DNA from: Lama guanicoe
Lineage: Eukaryota
Assembly (NCBI GenBank): GCA_013239625.1
Contig: MU053472.1
Coordinates: 62,001-126,000, forward strand
Reading direction: 5' to 3'
DNA length: 64,000 bases
Shown here: piece after piece, positions 1 to 10,985 of the stretch
Position numbering within the stretch: position 1 is the first letter of the stretch
Layout: each line of letters opens with the position of its first letter
Notes under the pieces: model-generated
Told to the model about the DNA's origin: nothing
The model's input: the letters and a program-made list of their open reading frames with translations, nothing else
The model's database searches: none
Position numbers and translations under genes: made by a program

Positions 1-1526
1 GTAGCCCTCCTAGGATTAACAAGTCGGTGAATATTCTACCACACTTTCCAGGTGTCAGGTGATAACAGGAAGAGCTGAGCTGAGCGTAAGACATGTGGGA
101 TTTAAGCTGAGGGGCGGAAACAGTTCGTCCACTGCTTATTTAAAATGAGTTAGCAGCTATTTGCGTTTTTCTCCAAGGGCTCAGCCACTCGAGAGGGTGG
201 GAGCCAAGGACTTGGGTTGTCGTGTGGGCCGAGCACACTGAGGGGTTGTGAAGGGTGTTTAGTCTCAGAGGAGTTTGAAAAACAAAAGGCAGAAGCATTT
301 AGGAATTAGAGTGCTGCGTACTGTGTCTCTGGGAATTGCTTTTCTTTTCTAATAAACTAATGTAAAGCAGTGTGCCCATAATCTGCTGTTTGTATCAAGC
401 TGCATTTGCAGAAAGCCACGAGCGGAGCTGGTGTTCGGCCGGTCTGCACTGGTGCGGCTGCATCGGGTGCTGAAATACTGAAGCGCTTCCTTGCAGGTTG
501 ATAAATTGCTGCACTGGGCTCCCCAGGTGGCAACCCTGGAAGCCCCCTCCACGCCTTCCCGCAGCCCTGTAAGCAAGAGTGAACGGGCAGGCAGGGGCCG
601 CTGGCCCGGCCCGTGTCCATTTCCCCCTGGCCACAACAGCAGCTTCCATCTGCATTTCCTAGTGCCCTTCAGAGTGTGGTGCCATATGCTGCATCTGTGG
701 TGGTTTTGCCACCTTTGAAGTTGTGCCTTGAAAAAGGATTATCTGTTCAATTTAGACGATTACAGAGAGATTTTTAAATTGTACTTTGTTAATGCTCAAG
801 CAATTATAAAAGTAATTTCTCACTGAAAAAAATGTTTACATTTAAATTTTGCATTCACCTCTTGACCACCAACAATTAATTGGAAGTGATTTCAGTCAGG
901 AATTTAGAGCTAAGAATCAATTAAAAGATTACACGCTTGTATTTGATGTGGGATAAACAGGAGTCAAGATAGATAGAACGGGTTTGAACAATGTATTAAC
1001 TGTTGATACTTAGCTTAAAATGCATCTTTAAGAGCATATATATGTCTACAGTTTTTCTCCTTCGCCCTTAAGTTACTCTTTTTTCTCTAATATGTTGCTG
1101 ATTGTTCAGAAAATACTGTATAGACAGAGACCAGGGAACAGAGGACTCAGATGGCCGACGGCTCACTCTTCTGTCGGTAGAGTACCAGTTTCCAAAGAAA
1201 CAGACTGCAGGCCCAGGAGCAGCACCCACACAGAGCACGCTTTAAACGTGCTCTTCTTTGGGATGATTCTGGACATGCGTTGTTACAGAGGCTGGGGAAC
1301 TGAGTTGAACCTGTTCTGACCCTGTGATGAGTCTTTGAACTTCCTTCTCCTGAAGGAATGTATTTTTAGCAGCAGCTTGATTACTTGTTTTCATGAAAGT
1401 AAAAACGTGTCATAGACAGCTTATTGCTGGTTCTTTGGGCTTTCACTGCACTGGTGGGGTTCTTGATAAAATATCTGTGAAGTGACTTTGGTTTCATTCG
1501 ATGATTCTTATCCTTTGCTTATCATG

Positions 1527-1532
1527 AATAAA
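1527..1532 (+). terminator. Possible polyadenylation signal ending a 3'UTR-like unique stretch
   Basis: AATAAA followed by T-rich sequence, at the end of about 1.5 kb of repeat-free DNA that is AT-rich from about 700 onward. No upstream coding exon is visible in the window. Confidence 0.25.
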
Positions 1533-1583
1533 ATCTTATTTTTTTTCTAAACCTTTCACTTCTATAAAGATTTCCAGGTTTCT

Positions 1584-3275
1584 TCCTTTTTTTTTTAGGT
1601 ATGTTATATATTTTTTACTGAAGTATAGTCAGTTTACAATGTTGTGTCAGTTTCTGGTGTACAGCATAATGCTTCAGTCATACATGAACATACATATATT
1701 CATTTTCATTTTTTTCACCATAAATTACGACAATATTGAATATAGTTCCCTGTGCTATACAGTATGAACTTGTTTATTTTATATGTGTTAGTATCCACAA
1801 ATCTCGAACTCCCGATGTATCCCTTCCCACCCTCTTCCTCACCCTGGTAACCATAGTTTGTTTTCTTTGTGAGTCTGTTTCTGTTTTGTAAGTTTATCTT
1901 TTTTTTTTTTAGATTCCAAATTATAAGTTATATCATACGGTATTTTTCTTTCTCTTTCTGGCTTACTTCACTTAGAATGACAATTTCCAGCTCCATCCGT
2001 GTTGCTGCAAATGACATTATTTTATTATTTGTTATGACTGAGTATTATTCCATTGTATACCACAGCTTCTTTATCCAGTGATCTGTCGATGGACATTTAG
2101 GTTGTTTTCTATGTCTTGGCTGTTGTAAATAGTGCTGCTATGAACATTGGGGTGCATGTCTCTTTTTGAATTAAGGTTCCTTCTGGATATATGCCCAGGG
2201 TGTGATTGCTGGATCATATGGTAAGTATTTTTAGTTTTTTGAGGAATCTCCGTACTGTTTTCCATAATGGCTGCACCAAACTACGTTCCCACCAACAGTG
2301 TAGGAGGGTTCCCTTTTCTCCACAGCCTCTCCAGCATTTATCGTTTGTGGAATTTTGAATGATGGCCATTCTGACTGGTGTGAGGTGGTACCTCATTGTA
2401 GTTTTGAATAGCATTTCTCTGATAATTAGAAATACTGAGCATTTTTCATGTGCCAATTAGTCATTTGTATGTCTTCCTTGGAGAATTGCTTGTTTAGGTC
2501 TTCTGCCCATTTTTGGATTGGGTTGTTTTGGTTTTTCCTTATTAAGTTATATGAGCTGTTTATATAGTCTGGAAATTAAGCCCTTGTCATTCTCATCTTT
2601 TGCAAATATCTTCTCCCATTCCGTAGGCTGTCTTTTTGTTTTGCCTATAGTTTCCTTTGCTGTGCAAGAGCTTGTAAGTTTAATTAGGTCCCATTTGTTT
2701 ATTTTTGCTTTTATTTCTATTGCCTGGGTAGACTGCCCTAGGAGAACACTGCTAAGATTTATGTCAGGTAATGTTTTGCCTGTGTTTTCTTCTAAGAGGT
2801 TTATAGTGTTTTGTCTTATGTTTAAGTCTTTAAGCCATTTTGAGTTTATTTTTGTGTATGGAGTGAGGGAGTATTCTAAATTCATTGGTTTACATGCAGC
2901 TGTCCAGTTTTTCCAACAATGTTTGCTGAAGAGACTGTCTTTACTCCATTGTATGTTCTTGCCTCCTTTGCAAAGATTAATTGACCAAAAGTTTATGGGT
3001 TTATTTCTGGGTGTTCTGTTCCATTGATCCATATGTCTGTTTTTGTACCAATACTATGCTGTTTTGATTCCTGTAGCTCTATAGTATTTTTCTGAAGTCT
3101 GAGGGTTATTCCTCCAGCTTCATTCTTTTTCTTCAATATTGCTTTGGCAATTCTGGGTCTTTTGGGATTCCATATAAATTTTAGGATTATTTGTTCTAGT
3201 TCTGAGAAAAATATCCTGGGTAATTTGACAGAGATTGCATTAAATCTATAGATCGCTTTGGGTAGTATGGCCATT
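1584..3275 (-). mobile_element. LINE-1 3' portion (ORF2 C-terminus, 3'UTR, poly(A)); non-inverted arm of a twin-primed insertion
   Basis: Poly(T) at 1587-1596. ORF-track peptides match L1 ORF2: [14 protein letters not shown] (2993-3274), WDLIKL..CTAKE (2547-3032) and the zinc-knuckle [17 protein letters not shown] (2214-2456). The frame is broken. Left TSD TTTCCAGGTTTCT at 1571-1583. Confidence 0.95.
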
Positions 3276-3547
3276 ATAAAATTGCGTCCAAAAAAATAAA
3301 ATACTTAGGAATAAATCTGACCAAGGAAGTGAAAGACTTATACACAGAGAGCTACAAAACATTGACTAAAGAAATTAAAGATGACCTAAAAAAAATGGAA
3401 AGCTATCCCATGTTCTTGGATTGGAAGAATTAATATTGTTAAAATGGCCGCACTACCCAAAGCAATCTACAGATTTAATGCAATCCCTATGAAATTACCC
3501 AGGACATTTTTCACAGAACTGAACAAATAATCCTAAAGTTTATATGG
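3276..3547 (+). mobile_element. Inverted 5' arm of the same L1 insertion (ORF2 fragment)
   Basis: Plus-strand L1 ORF2 sequence ([15 protein letters not shown]...[15 protein letters not shown]). It is followed directly by the right TSD TTTCCAGGTTTCT at 3548-3560. Confidence 0.93.
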
Positions 3548-4259
3548 TTTCCAGGTTTCTGAAAACAGATGTTAATTGTTCATATACAGGGAAAGACTAA
3601 GGGTAAGCACTCCTAGAAATCCCAGTAGGAATTCCACGAATGCGGGGTGAGGCCGTCTGTCCTGATGGGATTGCTGCTTCTGTTAGCACTGCGACTGTGT
3701 GGGTGACACCCGGCTGGGAGCTCTGCTCAGGCATCTGGACTGGGATCTTAGTAAAGCTGCTATCATAAAAGAAACCCATGCAGAAGCATAAAGGGCCAGA
3801 CTTAATTTGATGCAGAAACAATAGAAAGTCTGGCTCTAATTCAGAATGCCAAATTCTGAAATTTCTTCTGATATTTAAAAGGAAAAATTTGGAAGTAGGG
3901 TCAGCTTGTCACAGAAGGCTAGAGCCTTTGTTCATTAAACTGACAGCATTAGGAAACATCACGTATCTTCCTCTTTGAACCTTTCCTATGGCCACTGAAA
4001 GAAACGCATAACTCCTGCCCACTTCTAGGACTTGGGGAAGGCACACATTGTAACCTCTTTTTTAGAATTAGTTAGTGGTAGAGCTGGTCCCCTGAGGTGA
4101 TTTGAGTGCAGACAGAAACCTCCCACAGAACACTAGGGCAACAACTTCCCTGATTTTCGTATTTGTACATGAATCCAGACCAGGAGCAGAGCCTTGCCAT
4201 CTTTCTAGCGTAAAAGCTAAGTGAGTCCTAGTTACTACGGTTCATTCAGCCTTCACCTC

Positions 4260-4470
4260 ATTAGTATAGTGCAGTGTTTAAGAACCCAGGCTTAAATTCA
4301 GGCTCTGCTGTTCTAGCTGTGAACGTTACTTGACCTCTCTTGTGCCTAGTTTTCTCATCTGTGAAATGGGGATAATGGTGCCTACTCAGAAGACATTTCA
4401 CTAACTAAAATTTGTTAATACATAGAATGTTCTTAGAACAGCTTCTGGCACTCAGTAAATGTCAGATATC
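4260..4470 (+). mobile_element. MIR SINE
   Basis: MIR core ttacttgacctctcttgtgcctagttttctcatctgtgaaatggggataat and tail ttagaacagcttctggcactcagtaa. Confidence 0.85.
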
Positions 4471-4877
4471 TGTTTTCCTTGAATTTTCAGGGCACTAGGC
4501 AGAAATACTGTCAACACACCATGAGCTTTGGTGATGCCAGTTAAACAGCCAGATTTCCTTGACTGCACTGTTAGGTGAGGTGCTAAGCATGGATGCCTTG
4601 GGAACCTGGATCCAGCAGTGTTGGGGAGGTGCTGCCCCAGGACCCCTGCTGGAACAGCCCTCCATCTGTCTTGCCCCTACAGGTCCCTGACGGGCAAGGG
4701 GAAGGACTAGAAGTGTGAGAGGCCACACACTTACCAGGGGAGTAGTGACCCCTTTCCAGGTTCTGCCTTACGACCCATCCCTGAGGGCCAGTCTTCAGAA
4801 ATTACAGATCCAGTTTACACAAGCTTTGGAATCACACCTGGGTTTTTAAAGAACAACTATTCAACTTAAAAATGATG

Positions 4878-5020
4878 TCTTTGGACAAGTTAGTTACTTG
4901 ACCTGTAATCTGTAAGTAAAATGGGGACCTCATAGAGTTTCAGGAGTAGGTCACATAATGTGTGTAAAGCACCTGGCTCGGAGCTGGCACAGAACAGCCT
5001 CTCAATAAATGGTGCCCTTG
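4878..5020 (+). mobile_element. MIR SINE fragment
   Basis: gtaaaatgggga...tgtgtaaagcacctggctc...ctggcacagaacagcctctcaataaat. Confidence 0.7.
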
Positions 5021-5439
5021 TTAACATTTTTCTTTAGTGTCCTCCCTGGGCTTGAATGTCTGCCTCCTCGTTAGGGGAAGATCATTGGAGTGGGATCTTG
5101 GGGAAGGAGTATCTGCTTCTAATACGGACCTTGAGTCTAAACTAAAGGGCTCCTCAGCTCCAGGGGACAAGGAGATTTTATTAGGGTTGGGGCCAGAGTC
5201 TCATTCATTTGCCATTTCCATCCAGGACACTCGAGGACTGCCACACCATTATCAGTAACAGCAGCTCACACTAATGGGGCCAGGAGGGAGATGGTTGTGG
5301 TACAGCCCCTCTGGGGACATAATTCAAAACAGGACCAGTTTGTGTCAGTGGAAAAAGCACTTCCTTGAGAATTATTGCTTGCAATCCATTCGATGACCAG
5401 CTAGGATTTACTGTAGAAACACAGGCATTCTTTAAATTA

Positions 5440-6210
5440 GAAGTTCTGTTTAACAAGATGTTATCACATTAGTAGGTCAAATAAGAAAATTCAAAGGTCA
5501 TCTCTATGGATGCTGAAAGAGCATTTGATTAAGCTCAATGTCCTTTTCTGATGAAAATATCTTTAAAAAAAGAATAAAAAAAGATACCTCATTAACATGA
5601 AATATTTCTATCTTGACAGTGACTTTGCTTTTAAAAAAAGCCACAACCATGATAAGCCTGTCATTACCGCTGTTACCAAACAGTGTGTAAGATTTAATGG
5701 GCAGTGTGATTAAATAAAACAAAAGTTGAATTTTTAGTAAATTTTCCTCCAAGTTATCATTATTTGTAAAACACCAGTCTGAGAGGCTGAATTCACAGAT
5801 TTATTTGCAAAAAGTCAAGAAAATCAACTCAGAAAATAATAGAGTAAAAGTTCTGTAAGGTAGCTGTTACAAAGTAAATGTGCCAGTCAGTTCTGCTACA
5901 CAGCAACAATAAGAAATGTTTATTTATGTTAAAAAAAAAAGATCCCGTCAAAAATAGTAACTAAAGTAATAAAATACCTGGGAATAATTTAACCAAAGCC
6001 TATGCAAGGATTGGTGAAAAATAAAAAGTTGAAGGTCACTGAAGAAGATGTTTAAAAAAATGAAAAGATATACCATGTTCCTAATTAGGACTCAGTATTG
6101 TTAAAAGACTATGTCTCTCTGAATCTATAAATTTAAATCCCTATCAAAATAAAAATTTTAATGACAAAATCATTCTAAATTTCTTCTGGTGGAAAAATGA
6201 CTGTAAAAAT
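5440..6210 (+). mobile_element. Ancient L1M ORF2 (RT-region) fragments
   Basis: Degenerate L1 motifs atctctatggatgctgaaagagcatttga, aaaatacctgggaataatttaacc and gaaaagatataccatgttc. Confidence 0.75.
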
Positions 6211-6829
6211 TCAAGCCAAGGACTTGGACTTTTATCCACCACACTGTGGGGGAAAGATCATTTCTCCCTCATTTAGGGTGCCCCAAGGGAGCAATTTTCA
6301 GCCTTGTAAATCCACAGCCCTAGCTGTGATATAAAAATCCATCTCTCATTCTCGTTCCAGTCCCAGCCCACCCTGCCCCTCCCACTGAACACAGCTCTCG
6401 GCCTGGCCTCAGTGCGGGAGCAGCTATCTCAGGAAAACACGGCAGGAAGATCAGGGCAGGAAGGAGAACTCGGAGCACCACCAAACTGGCAGTAAGTTTA
6501 CCGTCTCTTCCCCTCTGGTGGCTCCTGGCCCGGCTTCCAAGCAGGCAGAGACCTGGGCCTGCGGACCAGGCAGACAAAGAGCTCCCAGGGAAGCGCTCTG
6601 TTTCTGGTCCTCGGAAGAGGCAGGAGGGCCCCTGCAGCTCAGAGAGTCGGGGAAACCCCTCGGAGTTGTTGCCTCTCTCCTCTCCCCACTGCAGCAGTGG
6701 CCGCCACAGCCAGGCAGGTGCCTATTCAGGGAGGGGAGCCCTTCTCTCTGACCAGAGGAGGGTGGTCCCGGCAGCAAGAGAGTGATGCCCATTGCTTTCT
6801 CTCACTCTCTGGGTTTTCTCATTTGACTT

Positions 6830-8100
6830 CTTAATGTGATACATTTTGTTAATAGAACTCTGACATCAGAGGGAAATTTGAAACATTGGGAATGAAGGAA
6901 GAGCACCAGAAATGGGAAATATTTGGATAGAATATTTTTCTCATCTTAAGCTTTTAGTAACGTGTATAATCAGTTATAACAAAACTTACTGCCTGACAGC
7001 GTCTTCAGTGAGTGTAGATGTAATACACATGAAAATTACTGCATAAAGAGGAAGTAAAGAGATCTGTATGGTAGTAAGATGTCTACATTTTACTTGAAGT
7101 GATAAAATGGTAATCCCAAAAAACCTGTGAAAAGTTAAGTATTTTGTAATCCATACAGAAACCACATCCACATTACACAAAAAGATAAATTACTCAGTAG
7201 ATAAATTAAAAGGGAATACCAGAAATATTCCAATAAGCCAAAAGAAGACAGGTGAGGGAAAACAGGAATGAAAAACATAGCGAACAGGTAGAAAACAAAA
7301 ATTAGTAGACCTAAATCCAAACTTATCAATAATTACGTTAAATTTAAAAGGTCTAACTACACTTTTAAAAGACAGAGATTGTCAGAATGTAAAAATATCC
7401 AAGAATTGACTATACGCTCTTTATAAGAAACCCATTTTAAGTAAACACTATACGTTAAAAATAAAAGGAAAAAAGAAAAATACACCATGTAAATACTAGT
7501 CAAAAAGAAATTTGGAGTAGCTATCTACTACAAAATAGACTTCAGAACAAGAAAGTTTACCATGATGATAACAATGTGAAGTCACAGAGAAGGCATAACA
7601 ATCCCGAATGGCTACGCACCTAACAACACATCTTCACGATACATGAAGCAAGAACTGATAGAACCGAAAGGAGAAATGGTGAGCCAGCAATTATAGTTTG
7701 AAACTTCAACCCTCACTCCTTTCTCAGTAGCCAACAGAACAGCTAGACCATCCTCTGGATCGTGAAACAAATCTGAACTTTAAAGAACTGAAATCATACA
7801 AAGTATGATTTCTGACCATAATAAAATTAAGCCAGAAATCAATCACTGGAAAAAAAATCTCTGAATACTTGAAATTAAATAACATACTTCTAAGTAATCC
7901 ATAGGTCAAAGTGGGGATTCTCAAAGGATACTGGAAAATTAGAACTTAGAAAATACTTTGAACTGAACAAAAATGAAAATACAGCATATCAAAATGTACA
8001 GGTGAAGCTAAAGTAAGTCTTAGATGGAAATTTATAATATTTGGTACTTGTTTTAGAAAAGAAGAAAAATCTCAGATCAGTTACCTAAGGCAAGCAGAAA
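6830..8100 (+). mobile_element. Ancient L1 (inter-ORF region and ORF2 endonuclease region)
   Basis: 7320-7440 is a decayed endonuclease N-terminus (SIITLN..GL....KRQRLSE). Further endonuclease and post-endonuclease motifs continue to about 8100. Confidence 0.85.
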
Positions 8101-8114
8101 GAAGTAAATTTTGC

Positions 8115-8380
8115 CGAGTAAAAGAGGCAACTCTCAAAAATGTAACAAACTGTGATTCCATTTACATGACATTATGGAAAAGGCAAAACTGTAGGAATGA
8201 AACGAACCAGTGATTGCCAGGGGTTGGGATGCGGGCAGCATTCCACTGCAGGGAAGCATGAGGGGGTTTGGGGGAGATGATAGAAATGTTTGGAATCCTG
8301 ATTGGGGTGGTAATTACATAAATCTGTATATGTGACAAAACTCATAGAACAAGATACTCCCCCAAAAGTCTATAATTTTT
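8115..8380 (+). mobile_element. L1MC-like 3'UTR fragment
   Basis: tgattccatttacatgacattatggaaaaggcaaaactgtagg...cagtgattgccaggggttggg...aaaactcatagaac. Confidence 0.8.
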
Positions 8381-8742
8381 AAAAATCTCTTTCTCTCTCA
8401 CACACACATCCCCACATGCATGCAATCTCCTGATCTCTCTTTCTCACTGTACACACTGTTTACCATTGAGTACCCATAGCCAACAGTGTGCCAGATACAG
8501 TAGCATAAATATATTTTTAAAGATGGGGATCTATCTTATGCCTAATTATAATGGTAATAATCAACATTTATTGGCCACTTTTATTTGCCAAGCATAGAAA
8601 TCATCCTAGATATAGTATCTTAATGCATTTATGACACTTAGACCATCCTATTATAAACAATAACACATTTTGTAGCTATTTTTATTACTTGAAAAATCTT
8701 AACTCTTCTTGGTTCTTTTTGATTCTTTTGGCAAACATTCTT

Positions 8743-9030
8743 TTTTTATTGAGTATAGTTGATGTACAGTATTACGTAAGTTTCAGGTGTACAACATAGT
8801 AATTCACAATTTTTAAAGGTTATATACTCCCTTTATAGTTATTATAAAATGTTGGCTATTCCCTGTGCTGTACTATTTATCTTTGCGGCTTATTTATTTT
8901 ATGCATAGTAGTTTGTACATCTTAATCCCCTATCCCTATCTTGCCCCTCCTCTCTCCCTCTTCCTACTGGTAACCACTAGTTAGTTCTTTATATACGTGA
9001 GTCTGTTTCTTTTTTGTTATATTCACTATC
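8743..9030 (-). mobile_element. 5'-truncated L1 3' end (cetartiodactyl type) with 14-bp TSD
   Basis: TSD TGGCAAACATTCTT at 8729-8742 and 9031-9044. The reconstructed empty site TCTT/AA fits the L1 endonuclease motif. Confidence 0.92.
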
Positions 9031-9235
9031 TGGCAAACATTCTTAAAAGTACAAGAAGCAGCCAGCATGTCTTGGAAACTCAAGTTGTAGAAGTAAATAA
9101 TAGCAATGTGGAAGGATGGCCAGCAGATGGAGACAGAGAACACAAAATGAGTCACACTCTGGTCTTCCCAAAACTGTTTCTCAGGCTGAGGCACTGCAGC
9201 ACTGCAGCACCTGGATTTCACATTGCTCTCATTAG

Positions 9236-9400
9236 ACCAATGGTTCTCAACACTGACTGCGCATTGGAATTACCTGGGAAACTTAGAAAATATATAGATT
9301 CAGAGTTTAGTGGTCTGGGGTGTAGTTTTGCCATTGGGAGCTTTAAAAACTGCACAAATGATTCTAATTACAGCAGAGTTTAAGACCCACTACTTTAGAA
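9236..9400. mobile_element. MER5-like hAT-Charlie DNA transposon; a second fragment follows to about 9490
   Basis: Termini caatggttctcaac ... tttaagacccactact, with internal ggtctggggtg and tgattctaat. Confidence 0.75.
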
Positions 9401-10295
9401 CAGGCACCAGTAGGAGATCTCAAGCTGGTGTGTTTCAGAATCACCAGGAGAACTTGTGGAAAACAGAGACCCAGGCTGTTGTTAGTCTTCATTCTTCTGA
9501 GAACCCTTACATACGGAAATATTGGTGTATCAACTTAAGATGGTTAAATACATAATCAGGACTAAATCTAATACAGTCTCAAACTAGATTCTAATATATC
9601 AGAGTAACTTCAGGCATCAAATGTTTGAGAAAATTTTGTAGGAGAAAAATTTTTACTGAGAAAATGCTAACCATGAACTTAATTTTTCCCCTGGAAAGGG
9701 AGAGATCCGCTGGGCCACCGTGGACTATCTTGTGTTAACACAAAAGCAGGTTCCCAACGCCGGGCCAGCAGGTTCCCTCCTCAGAAACATGCAGCCTACA
9801 CACGGTGTCCGGTTCCAGAAGCTGATAGTCACATTTGGTCATTCTGTGGCAGGGCACCAGGAAAAAGCAGAACTTCTCAGACAACTGGATTCCCAGCCTT
9901 CGTGAGGTAGGATCCCCCGGCTGTTTTCCACTTTCCTTCAACACAGCATTTAAATCATTTTAATGTTAGAGCCATCATAGATTAATTTTCAAAATAACAT
10001 GTATTGGTTTTTCCATATTATACAAGTAATGAATCTTCATTGTGGAACTTTAGGAAAGAGCAAAATTGTAAGTACTATGTAAGTAAAACTGACTTGAGAT
10101 AATTAATGTTATTTTGATATGTTTCATCTCAGGTTTTTTTCATGACACATGTTTATGAGTATACACTATATTTGTGGACTCACACACACTTCAAATATGT
10201 GTGTGTGCACGTGAACACACGTCCATATATATTGTGGGAAACTAGTCTACAAAATTGTGATCATAACCTGTATACTTTCTCGTAGCCTGTTTTTT

Positions 10296-10985
10296 CCCAA
10301 TTTTTTTTCACTGAAGTAGAGTTAATTTATAATGTTGTGTTAGTTTCTAGCATACAGAAAAGTGATTCAGTCACATATATATGTATATTCTTTTTGAGAC
10401 TCTTTTCCGTTATGGGTTGTTACAAGATACTGAATATAGTTCCCTGTGCTATATAGTAGGACTTTGCTTTTTAAATCTATTTTATATATAGTAGTATGTA
10501 TCTGTTAATCTCAAGCTCCTAATTTATCCCTCTCCCTCCCTTTCCCCTTTGGTAACTATAAGTTTGTTTTGTATGTCTGTGAATCTATTTCTGTTTCATA
10601 AATAAGGTCATTTGTATCATATTTTTTAGATTCCACATATCAGTGATATCATGATATTTGTCTTTGTCTGACTGACTTCACTTAGTATGGTAATTCTCTG
10701 TGTCCATCCATGTTGCTGCAAATGTCATTAGTCCATTCTTTTTTATGGCTGAGTAGTATTCCATTATATGAATATACCACATCTTCTTCATCCAGTCATC
10801 TATTGATGGACACGTAGGTTGCTTCTAAGTCTAGGCTATTGTAAATAGTGCTGCTGTGAATTCTGGGGTGTATGTATCTTATCAAATTAGTTTTCTCCAG
10901 ACATATGCCCAGGAGTGGGATTGCTGGATCATATGGTAACACTGTTTTTAGTTCTTTTAGGAACCTTCATACTGTTCTCCATAGT
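10296..10985 (-). mobile_element. 5'-truncated L1 3' end inserted in an older L1 remnant
   Basis: Poly(T) followed by ctgaagtagagttaatttataatgttgtgttagtttct and a typical L1 3'UTR. Degenerate TSD tagcctgtttttt (10283) / tagcctgctcttt (10986). Confidence 0.9.

Noticed and set aside
2518..3027. 169-aa hydrophobic plus-strand ORF
   Set aside because: Antisense reading of L1 ORF2, a common spurious ORF.
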